NCBI GenBank assembly: GCA_002633005.1
Contig: NMRA01000586.1
Span: 198,628 to 262,627, forward strand
Reading direction: 5' to 3'
Origin: Phoronis australis
Lineage: Eukaryota; Animalia; Phoronida
Length of the DNA: 64,000 nt
A model generated the notes under the pieces. The model did not search any database. It was not told the origin of the DNA and saw nothing but the letters and a program-made list of their open reading frames with translations. Each line of letters begins with the position of its first letter. The stretch's first letter is position 1. Below, piece after piece: positions 48,601 through 60,216 of this stretch. Made by a program: the position numbers and the translations under genes.

Positions 48601-51600
48601 CGTTTGCTGAGTGGACTCAATCTCAGAAAGGTATTGGACAAACTGCAACGTCAGTTTTTTGTTTTCCTCACAAACTGTAGGTAGATGAATTAACAGTGAC
48701 ATGATGTTATAACAAATTAATTATGCTGCTTGAAAACGCAGTGTGATAAGACCAAGAGGAAGGGTCACAAATGAAACACCTGAATCCCCAGTGGCCATAT
48801 TGCCACAGGGTCTGATACTAACCTCCAAGAATGAGCAAATGAGCTAACTCAAAAGCAATAACAAACTCCCAGTTCTTCTCTGGCGTAGAGGTTACATTAT
48901 AATCTGAGTAGGGATCATTAGTTCATACAGATTTTATAACAGTAAGTACCGTAGCCAATATAAACAGTTGAATTTTTGACAGAAAGAACTAACTTATCAC
49001 ACCTGAAGCCAACTATGAGTTTTTGAGCATAAAAGAGACTACAATACCATAGATACATGGTTAGAACCAGTGACCTAAATATACCTTAACTCACTGGTGT
49101 AATATTTTGTGTACTATCAAGATGAAGGCAAAAGAGACTTGTTTCTATGTAAATAGATTATCTATTAAATGAACTGAACAGTATGTTGTACAAAGCGTGA
49201 CTGAGGCTACACAGCTACTAGCATGCACTATAAATATAATGTTTGTGGCCAAGACTAATTAATGTGGTTGCCATGATTAATTACTCTGTCAGTCAGTCTA
49301 AACAAATACTGGAAGTGGACAATGAGCTTATCATGTTACAATTGGTAGAACATTGTCTGATGACCAGGAGAGTGGACCTGAGTTTGTGTGCAATCAGTAT
49401 CTTCAACTACTAAGAAAAGATACTTAATAGTAAAAACAAGCAGTCCCCTTTGATTGAGGTTTTGAACAGACATCATGGTAATACAAACTACAGCGTGTAC
49501 TGAAAAAAGACTTAGGAAATTATATGTCAAACATCAAGCTGTGTTGGTAAATGAACATTGTAACCTTTACAGATTACCGTATTTATTATTCCTGTGTAGT
49601 AGCCAACATTCCATCCTATCATGCGAACTTGTCCTAGATAGCTTCATATCCTTCATTTTCACCATTGATATGAACAAAATACCACCTACAGTAACCGCCT
49701 TGCCTGGAACACTCACAGTATCAAAGTAGTTCAAATCTGTGTCCCAGAGCTGACAATACAAAAGCAATCAGATAGATACCACTAGTTGGTATTTAGGAAT
49801 GGGAACATTCTAATTTTAGCACCAGTGCAATGGTCATTGTAACTGCTGTAAATGTATTGCTAATAGGCTAAAGACTGATGTAAACAGAGATTACATGGGC
49901 AATGTCACACACTGTGTAGACCAAATAAACAAAGTCAAACTGAAGCTAGAAACACTGAGCTCACATTGGCAATCAGAACTTTTGCCTTCATTCCATCACA
50001 TAGCTTGCTACACTGAAGTTTGGTTTTATCAAAGTAATGTGTCATAGATACCTTGCACGAAATTGAAAGTTATTGCAAAATTCTTCCTGCATGAACTCTT
50101 GCCACAAGTCATCGGGGAAAAAAATTTTCACTTCTGGTAAGCATTTCTTTCACTCTCAGTTTTACTTTTATGTTTTCCACTATCTCACTGGTAAAGCATC
50201 AGTACTATGAACAGATAGCAAGATCAGCTTTTTACGTAAAAATGAAGTCCAATAAGCAAATTGTGCCATAGTTGGAAAAAAGTTTTGTTACTGAGACAAT
50301 TTAAGAGCAGCTGTGTTAAATTAAGACAACAATATTTTAAATAAAATATGTTCACAATTTATGNTGACCACGCAGCCTCTACTTGGATTGCAACTATTTC
50401 ATCTTGCTAAAGTGCGCGCGTGCAAGCTTCACGTGTTGCAGAGGTCACAGCAGACATCAAATTTATGGTTACAGTCTCGTACTAGCTGCCAAGTTCATAG
50501 TCAGAGAGCAGTTTTGGGAACATTTAAATGTGCTAAATGACATTAAACTCATTTTTAATTCGATTGGTTATCATTAGAGCAAAAAATAAGTAGTTATTAG
50601 TGACGGCATTACTCTGTAACTGTTGACGATAACAGTGGCACCTGGCGATAACTTCGATGGGACCAGAGTTAAGCGTTCATACTGCACCGCAACATCCCAA
50701 ACCATCGACGCGTCGACGTTAGTATGAAAGGCCCTTAAGGCAAAGTCCATGGTTGTGGTTCAGACTGGGCAGAAATAGTTTTTGAATTGCTGTGCATTTC
50801 TGCCAAAGGAGATGTGTCTGTAGCCCGTTACAAATTGAAGTTATGATTTTAATGTTACTTGACCAATTATTGTACTACAGAGATTCTTAAAAACATTGCA
50901 AAAAACATTTCAGCAAAGTCAGAGGGCAGTTTAATTGAACTCATAGTATTACTATGCAGTAAGTCTGAATCTGTGTAGTATTTCACCTATTTCACTCAAA
51001 ATAAACTATTTCTTTTAACAAGTTTGAGTGTGGCAAAATAAACTGAATAGACATTCTTTATAGTTCAAGGGTAATGTGTTACAAATTGGTATAAGGAATA
51101 AATAGCTAAAACCTACTCTACAAGGAAATGAGATTACTATTAGTTGCAAGATTGTTTGAGGGTTAGGTTTGGTTAGGTTAGGGAAATGAGACTTCAGAAT
51201 ACATGCATTTTAGTCGAAAATTGGAGAATTTCCTATTTGAAACAATCCTGCGCTTTCCTCATTATGCACTTCCCAAAACAAAAAATACATGACAAAAATG
51301 TGGTAATTATTAAAAACATTGGCTGTAAAATCAACACTGTGTCAGGTTTATGGCAAGTTAAATGTGTAAAAATTAGTTAATGAGTCTTTCATAATGTTTA
51401 TACAAAGTGCTTTATGAAAAACTCAATGCTTAGTTGTTGACCACTTGTATCATTAGGTGACACCAACAAGAAAACAATACATTACAGAAAAGGTCAATAT
51501 ATTTGGCCACATCAGGCTATATTTGAATTTTCACAAATCTAATTCCAAAAGCAAGTTTTCAGTCAGCAGCTTTTCTGTCGACTTTTCCTAGATTTAGATT

Positions 51601-52510
51601 GACAACAGATGCTCACCAATGTGTCAACTCTTCCTTTTTGTTCCCTCACAGTTAGGCAGCTGCACAAAATAATGTGAAAGTGAACAACAATAAATTTTGT
51701 AAACCACGCTGCCTGACCTAACCCTAACCTCCACTTTCACATTGACTTGATTCTCTAAACAGTGTTGAGCTGGGAACAGATTTTGGACTTGGCCTGCCAA
51801 GCTCTCAGTTGTTTAGTCTTGTGTTTGTAAGCAAGCATATGTGAAGTTCCTGACCTGGCATAATTGGATGATTCTGGCTGGGCCATGGTTAAGACATTAA
51901 ATGTATTTTGGTGTAATGAGTTCTCTGTGTGTGGGTGTTTTTACTTGTTTTTAAGTTTAACAGTGGTGTTTTAGGAGATTTAATTGAAAGATATCATGAA
52001 AATTAGAAAATATTTCTTTGTGTTACATGATAGTTGGAAGACTACAATAGTCCATATCTCTATGCCATCAAGAAATCTTCTTGAAGAAACATAGTGACAC
52101 AAATATACACATTTCCATGGTGCATGCGGACACCATGAAATAGGCCTACCCTCCACTATACGAAAAAGGACCCATATAAACTCAACTTGGAAACACCAGC
52201 CATGTGGAAATCATGCATGCAGTTATTTGTCCAAGTAATTATATGCATTTACTAAGGTATTCACAAGTGGTAATTATTCTCTTACTTCACAGTTTTTGAC
52301 GTGATAAAACAGCAGGATTGTCATTTTCGAGTTCTTTTATTGGCATTTAATGATTCTTTATTGTTGTTGCAGAAGGTCAGGTCAAAATTTGGGACCCATT
52401 CAACCTCATGTTTACTGACTTTCTAAAACCACTCTGAGGTGGTGGCGTATTACAACTATTATTAAAATCTCTTGGTCTGTTTACACCGACCTCTAGTCTA
52501 TTTACACTGT

Positions 52511-52552
52511 CACGACGTTTCGGTCGGTCTATTCTCCGGCCGTCGTCAGGTG
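52511..52552 (-). ncRNA. Minimal type I hammerhead ribozyme motif
   Basis: CAC-CUGACGA-C-GGCCGG/CCGACC stem II-GAAAC-GUC-GUG; palindromic ACGU stem III. Confidence 0.7.
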
Positions 52553-52593
52553 TTCCCGAGTTCTTAGAAAAACACCACTATACCACGGAGTCA

Positions 52594-52675
52594 TGACTCC
52601 GTGGATAGTGGTTAAGGTGCTGGACTCTAATTATCTGTAGTTTCAGAAGTCGTGGGTTCAAATCTTGCCTAGGAC
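52594..52675 (+). pseudogene. tRNA-derived SINE-like head (degenerate, not a functional tRNA)
   Basis: A box tggatagtgg; ctggactcta anticodon-arm-like stretch; B box gggttcaaatc; acceptor stem poorly paired. Confidence 0.65.
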
Positions 52676-54321
52676 AAAAAATCACACCATGAGTGTACCA
52701 CATATCCGTGCTCGTTCTTCTAAGAACACGGGAACACCTGTCGATGGCCGGAGAATAGACTGACCGAAACGTCGTGACATAGTAAATAGGATAGAGGTTG
52801 GTGTAAATAGACCAAGAGATTTTAATAGTAGTTGTCTCATGTTTACTGTTAGGTATAGTGAAGTATACTGCAGTTGCAACTTCACTCCAGCCTCGCTATA
52901 TCACAATAAGTACTGTGTTGTAATTTTATTGAGTGTTGACTAGCTTTAAATGTCAAGTATCAAATAGTTGCTCTGGTTTTAAAATCAAAGTTTTAACTTG
53001 TCTTATGTCATATCTTGATTCTCAAAAACCTACATGTCCCAGACTGTTTAGGAGCTGTTTCAATTAAATGCAAGTGCTAGTTGAAAACATTCTTAGAATG
53101 TGCTCACCAAATGGCACCATAAAAGCAGTTGGACAGATTGTGGCAAACAATTTATGGTTGCAACTGGGATGTCCCCAACCTCAACAAACTCCAACCTCTT
53201 GAAATGTTTATCTAAAACATGCTTTATCAGTTAGTTGTCAAGGTTACGAACTTAAGCGGCCTTTTCAAACTGCCTGTAACTAAAGGACTTATAATACAGC
53301 TGGATTGGTAAGACTGTACACTGAACTTAATGTAGATATATGCTGTATAATATTTGATTTCATTCAACAAGAAATAATTACTTCATAAGTATTCAGTCAC
53401 AGTTGGAAAAATCTTTCAATTTTCAGTAAAATTAATTGCTGGGTTTTTTATTATTCCTCACTATCTGTTCAATATCAATCTCACTGCAATGATGGGAAAC
53501 CAATGGTGATGACAAAATGAATTCATGGATCATCCTTATCATTAACCATAGTTAAGTAATAAGAAATTTCATAAATTATTCTAACTGGTGAAAAGACGTG
53601 CATGAAAATTATATCAATCGTGGGTTAAAATGTGAATTTTTGTGAAACATCATGTACCATTCATAGAAATTCAGAAATGGTTCATAAGAATTGGATCTGA
53701 TTAGATTTGTTTGCGAGCTACGGGTCGCATTTCTTTTCCAATCAATGTGGAATTTACGCAAAACGTGTATCGTGAGTAGCTCGAAGCCTATTGTATTTGG
53801 TTGAAATCAGACGCAAGATGGCACTGTAGAGACCATTTTTCGCTGTCTTGGTTTGCGTAGCCATACGGCTTTACAGGTTCTAGAATTTTTCTGATTTCTT
53901 TTTTGGGAAAAAATCATTTAAATGACCTCAAGAAGTGTCCAATTTGTTTTTTTCCTTAGGACTTACTGTTTTGGAGTTATTCAAAATTTTCCGGTGACTT
54001 CTAGATAATCGAATCAATTTTTGTGCGGCATCTCTGGCAACACTTGCCGGATCTTTCTTGAAGCCAGTATATAGATAGTGCTATCTGCATTGTGCCATCT
54101 ATTTTTCACTATGACCTACCTTTTTCGAGATATTCAAGATTTACTAGCCACATGAATGTTCTTCAGTTGACTTACCGGTACTTTTAGCTGCACTTCGGTC
54201 GCCTATTATATTCGTGACAGAGATTGTATTTTTTGTCTGATTGACATTGATTTACTTAGTGTTTATCTAGTCAAAAGCGCGAGGACAGGTTTGTGGATGA
54301 ACATGTACATCAATTTCCAAT

Positions 54322-55170
54322 CGTTAGAATGGTTTGGTTGATAGAGAGGTGGATGCCAAAAAACAGACTCGAAAACAGTAAAAATGGCCATGAGGTGGCG
54401 CAAAATACCTCAAATCCATCAGAAAACGGTAGGATAGCGTCACCTTACCAATATGATGTCTATATTTCAAATTTTTCGAAACTCTGTTGAGGACCCTTGA
54501 ATATACAGAGGTAAACGTAAAAATTAAAATTGCCACTGGGGTCGTAACGGTAGTCCGATTCATGCAAAAGTCATCATTTGTTGTCAATATTGCATAAATG
54601 TACTTGCAACATTAAGTAAAAGATCCTGCAAACGGTTTAGAAGATTCAGCCATGGGTGCAAAAAAAATGCAACTAAGAGGCGCCACAGTTCTCGAAGTTT
54701 TCGGAAAATCGTCGTCAGCCGCACTCAACACAGTAAGAACATATCCGCCAATTTTCAAAATCATCCCCAGAGCGGTTTGGTTGATAAAAGGGCGGATGCC
54801 AAAAACAGACTTGAAAACAATAAAAATGGCCACCAGGTGGTGCAAAGTGCCTCGCATCCATTCGAAAACGGGAGGATGGCATCATCTCACTAATAGATGC
54901 CTAACTGCTAAATTTTATGAAAATCCATTGAAAACCTTCAAAGATACAGAGGTAAGCGTAAAAAATTAATATTACCTCTAGGGGGCACACCGGTAGTTGG
55001 AGAGGTCCAAAATTCGTTGTCATCTGTCGTCAGCTTGATATGAACACACCTGCCAAATCTCATCCAGATTCTGTGAGGGGTTTATGAGATACAGCTGAGG
55101 ATGCCAGATGCCCAGACAGAGATGACGGCAATAAGCGACCACATATAAATATGTGGGCCCATAAAAATAA
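54322..55170 (-). mobile_element. Inverted copy of the 45.3-48.6 kb HINE-like element
   Basis: Reverse complement of the same monomers (e.g. aaaatggccaccaggtggtgc, ctctagggggcacaccggta). Confidence 0.85.
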
Positions 55171-55193
55171 AATTGATGAGTTTCTAGACATCT

Positions 55194-55300
55194 GGGCCCG
55201 GTTGCATAAAACTTGCTATCCGGCGTATAAGGCCTTATACGCCGGATAAGTCCTTATCCGGCGTATTCCGTAACTCACCGGCAATTTCCGTAACCGTCCT
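55194..55300 (+). mobile_element. PIF/Harbinger-like MITE end with a 32 bp perfect palindrome
   Basis: gggcccggttgcataaaac terminus; tatccggcgtataagg|ccttatacgccggata at 55217-55248. Confidence 0.55.
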
Positions 55301-55597
55301 TGACCTCGACGGGCCTAGGGAGAACGTGTGTGGGGGTTTTTTGTGAACATTTTTGTTCTTTGACTGCGAGTTTCTTACGAAGTCGCCGTAACAGGACACC
55401 GTGAATGTTATTGGGAGAAAGAACAATTCTTCATGGTTTGTTGAACCCCTGTTTTGTGCAAATTTATTGAGTTTTATGTTTGCTATGGACGGCTGAAGTG
55501 AAGCACCCGTGGAATTTCAAGTCCGAAGTGTCATACCTTGTAGTGTAGTATATGTAGTGTATTGGGGACGATCAGAAGCTGAGGATGCCTGTGGATA

Positions 55598-56470
55598 CAC
55601 ATAGGGTACCTAATTATCGGACGGAACCTAAATATCGGACATTTCATAGAATCTAACTTGAAGCATAATCTGAGAATTAAATGACACCAATTTTTGTTCC
55701 GTTGTAATGCATTCAATGTCAGGCACCGTCTCGTTTTTTACAGCGTTGCCTCGTTTTGATTTCACCGAGAGAGGGTGCAATTTAGACCCCCAAGTCGGCC
55801 TAAAATGGACGATCGCATAAATCGGTTATAAAAGTTGAAAATAAAATCTTTTTTCCACAATGAAACCATCTCAATGAACAGACAATATGTCACTGTTCCA
55901 TTTTTTCGTTTGTTTTTAAACTCAAGTCAAACCCCGACCGCGCACGTGCGGGTGTCATATCAAGAAGCCTAAGTGATACTTAAAAGCAGTGAGTTTGCAC
56001 GTGCCTTTTTCGTCTGCACTAATTCATTGAAACGACTTGGCGCCGTCATCAGATTTCATTTCATGGATAATTTTGTTGCGAATGNCGACTTGGCGCCGTC
56101 ATCAGATTTCATTTCATGGATAATTTTGTTGCGAATGGACCTGGGTTCTAGCAGCATATATATCAAAACACTCGAGCTGAAATTTAGCGACAAGGTGCCC
56201 GCGACCATTACGTGGTTAGTCAGTTTTCCGCGGTGTGGCGTATGGAGAAACATGGTGTCCGATATTTAGGTTCTCCGAAGGTTTGGTTGTTGTGTTTTTT
56301 GAAGATCAGTCGGAGCATAAATGTGGCTTTCAGTGACAAGATATAGTAACAGAACAATTCCGTGAAGGTAAATCTTTATTTCAGCAAAGAATTTACAACA
56401 ATCCGTAATGTTTTCAATTAAATATAATTCAAAATGTGCCAAAACGTCCGATAATTATGTCACTTGACTG
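55598..56470. mobile_element. Tc1/mariner-type MITE
   Basis: TA on both flanks; inverted ends share taattatcggacg; internal inverted copy of ggaacctaaatatcggaca at ~56256-56278. Confidence 0.65.
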
Positions 56471-56980
56471 TACTGCTACATATTTTGACAATAAAAGAGT
56501 AAAGCCCCCCGAGCCTGTTTGTTTTGCTCCAACAAAAGCCAAAAGTTGTTCTACATTGACAGGGGTTGTCTACCCTGTAACAGCAACCAAGGATCCACGA
56601 GTTAATACTTTTTAAAAGAGTCACTCACCGTTTCCAACATACACAAATATTTAACATGGCTGACTTCCGTTTCAGTGAAAAACATCAACACGATTTAAAA
56701 GCAGTTTATCCTTCATATTCGCAATTCAACATATTTTGGACAGAAATAACACTGAAATTCTGCTGTTTTTGTTGTTTTTGTTGTTGTTGTTTGTTAAATA
56801 GCTTGATTACGATGCTAACTAGAAAAAAGTAATTTTCTTAATTACCACCAGATGGCAATACGTACGTTATTGTTTTTCTTGGAAAAAATTATTGCGCGTA
56901 ACTATCGCGAGTGTCACGTAGTCCGACTGACAAACGGAAACGTTGAATCAGGTTTGTTTTAAACTGAATTGCAAATAATA

Positions 56981-59900
56981 CCCTTGCGAAATGTACCTCA
57001 GTTAACCATGCTTAACCATGGCTGTACAACCATGGTTGACCATGGTTTTAACATTTCGCGTTCAGTTGAAACCATGGTGGACTTATTATGGTTGGCAACC
57101 ATGGTTGACAATGCTCCACAACCATGGTTATCAACCATGGTTACAAACCATGGCTAACAACCATGGTTGACCATGCTTCACAACCATGCTATGAGACAAC
57201 TTAACGCGAAATGTTAAAACCATTGTTAACCATGGTTGACTACTATGCATGGTTAGCAACCATGGTGTAGAACCATGGTTACCAACCATGGTGTAGAACC
57301 ATGGTTAAAAATCATGGTTGACCATGGCTAAAAATCATGGTTGACCATGGTTACTAACAATGGTTGACCATTGCTTGGTAAGGTTATTACGCATGATCAA
57401 CTATGGTTAGCAAGCATGGTCAATCATGGTTATGAATTAAGTCATGAATGTGAACTGACAATCACAGGTGTAGCTAAAAGTCAACTACAAAATGACATAC
57501 GTTACGAGCAAATTACACGTTGAGTTTCAAGTGAATTGTCTCAAGCTCATCAAATTACTTTAACAAGGTCTAACCCACTAAAAGGTCCCAATTTCCAACT
57601 TAACTTGAAATATTGATAACAAGTGTTTGCATTCTACATAATACTTCTATTTCTTCATTTACAACTGGAGAAAGACAATGGGAACCACAAGAACAATTGA
57701 CTCTTTGAATGTTAAAAAGCACCTTCATGCAATAGAGCAAATCTAAACTTGAAAAAATGCAAGATTTTGTAAAATAAATGGCATGCACCAACAGTTTTCG
57801 GCTTTCACACTGAGCATCATCACGAAGAACCAAAACTTACAACAATGTGTAAAACAATTCAAAATTAGAATTCACAATTCCCAAAATATTTCATCTATGT
57901 TACCGTATCGTGAAATATGTTTTGCCTAACATGTAAAGTACTTTATAAATCACATGCACAAATCTATAAGTCCATCTTGACTATGCTTGAAGGGTATTCA
58001 TTTTTTAACTTGCCTTATTTAAAAGGTATCCATTTTTTATCTTAAACTTTTTTAATGCTTGAGCCTTAGCAGTTATGTCTTTTAGGTCCAGGTAAAAATC
58101 GCCTTTCATCTCAGAACAAAAAAGTCCATACAATACGTCCACACACTTATGACTTTTGATGAGATGTGTTAAGAGGCATTGGGGTATAATGAGCTGCAGC
58201 AACAAAATATTGGCTGCCAGAAAAGCAGAATTCAGGTGTGACTCCAAATCCTTAAATACAGGCCATTCAAAATCTAATCAGCACTTGAGGTCCACTGACT
58301 TCTTAGAATACAGACTAATGTCACTCTCCATAATCTTTTTGCCACTATAGGCATTGTGGACTGCCACAGTAGTGTTGGTGGCTGGCTCTCAAGAACTTTC
58401 ACTCGCCATCTGAGTTTCACTTCATCATGCATGTTTTTGAAGTCATCGGTTGACTAAAGAAAAGTTGAAAAAATTCCAGTTAGATGAGATCAAGTAAATT
58501 AGTAGGATTTTTCATCCATTTCTATACAGAAAATACAGAAATGCTTTGATTATTTAGTTAATCAACCATAAAATAAATCTAGAATTGCGCTTTGGACAAT
58601 TAAAATAAAGATGTGATCTCACGGTTTGGAAAGTATTGAAAATTTGTAATGTCATTGTGTCGAACTTGGCTCGCAAAATAGATTTCTAGACATATCATTT
58701 TAATCACAGAACAACTGGTCTAGAGTTAGCAGCTCCTTGCAAGACCATTAAAATCATTTCTATTCTCATCCAAGTTGATTAAACAAGTTGAGACCAATTT
58801 TAGGGTCTAACTTTTTGAAAATACAATATTCTTTTTTCAAGGGGACACAAGTTATTTAATGCCTTGAGGAAAAAAATGACCCCCACATCAATTTTTGAAA
58901 AGACCAAACATCTATTTTTTCAAAACCCAAAAACACATGGCAATTTGGTTGTTAAAAAAAAATTTGAAATCAAGCTTATTTAGGCCTTTGTTTAAATCAC
59001 AAAATTACACTAACTCTAGCACTAAAGTTTAACTTAACCTTTGAGCACAGATGAATCATGCTTATTTCCATAAACCAGCCACAGAATCAGTTTCAAAAAA
59101 CATCTCCCTTTTGTTTGTAAGACCAAAACTACTTATTTAAGAATGAAATATGTTAATTAATAGTCATATCAATATAAATACAGTGTTGAAGTCAAAACTT
59201 ACCAGTCCATTTCTTCACTAAACCAGAGTCCTTGCTGAACCCCATCCGTTTAAAATTTGAAATGCCTGTCAAAGGTTTGCATGGGTATTTCACTTTCCAG
59301 GAATGTAACCTTGACAACCTATTGTAAACAGGTTTGCTGATAGCACTCCCAGGCAGTTCAACATGTACATGTAGCTGGAAAACCCTTAGGGCATACAACT
59401 CAGCAGTTCAACATTAGTTATACTCCAGTTGACTATCAAATAATTTTAGACAATGCATCTTGTGGGGATATTTTAAAAGTTGGCCAAAGTGTGATACAAC
59501 TTTCTGTTGGTCAGTCTAACTTTGTATAGGAATGATCATAAAACATGCACATTTGCTTAGATTTAGTCAAATAATTTTCATGTTTTTTGTTGTTTTAGAA
59601 CAATTAGAACCATTTAATGATGTTAATGAGTTTCTTATTCAATTTAATTAGTGCCTTGGCAAATCCAATGTTCTAGATGGCCGGCATTTTGCATTTCGTT
59701 TTGTAGGGTCAGGCAATTATAGACACAATTATAGTTACTCCCTGTTCAAGAGTGTCATGTATAACCTGATCTGGTCAACTAGACCTGCTAGTTGGGATAA
59801 GGAATACTTTTGACCATGGTTGACTATGGTGGAAAGCATAGTTAACCATGGTTGCCTCTTTATAGACCAATGCAACAATGGTTAACTATGGTTTGGCCAT

Positions 59901-60216
59901 GGTTGACTATGGTTTGGCTATGGTTGACCATGGTCAGATGCCAGTCAACCATGGTTGTCCATTTTTAAAATGGGCAACCATGGTTGACGTGGTTTGACAG
60001 TGGTTTGGCCATGGTTGACCATGGTGAGAAGCATAGTCAACCATGGTTGACAATTTCTGGAAAAGGCAACCATGGTTGACGATGGTTTGACTGTGGTTGA
60101 CCGTGGTCAGAAGCATGGTCAAGCACGGTCAACCTTGGTTTAACCATGGTTGAACCATGGTTGACTGTGCTTTACCGTGCTTAACCATGGTCAACCATGG
60201 TAACATTTCGCAGGGG
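56981..60216. mobile_element. Non-autonomous TIR DNA transposon (CACTA/EnSpm-like) with subterminal CCATGG arrays
   Basis: TIRs cccttgcgaaatgtacc / ggtaacatttcgcagggg; TA on both flanks; (aaccatggttg) arrays at ~57000-57430 and ~59810-60200. Confidence 0.8.
58014..58409 (-). pseudogene. Decayed coding exon inside the TIR element, product unknown
   Basis: The frame from ATG 58409 runs 132 codons with two TGA codons; strong acceptor ttttcaacttttctttag at 58454; AAG|GCAAGT end. Confidence 0.45.

Larger units (their letters stand above)
52453..52834. mobile_element. Head-to-head pair of a tRNA-headed, hammerhead-containing short retroelement
   Basis: ~117 bp inverted arms (52453-52569 / 52718-52834); central palindrome; A- and B-box tRNA-like segment; CTGACGA...GAAACGTC core. 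Confidence 0.75.

Noticed and set aside
45017-48702. Many 60-140 aa ORFs in the repeat array, and similar ones at 54293-54969
   Set aside because: They are recurrent translations of non-coding monomers with no transposase, RT or helicase motifs.
52594-52675. Functional tRNA gene
   Set aside because: The acceptor and T stems are poorly paired, the A box has a deletion, and it is embedded in a repeat. It is better explained as a SINE-like head.
56033-56137. 52 bp exact tandem duplication
   Set aside because: It is separated by a single N at 56085, so it is most likely an assembly overlap artefact.
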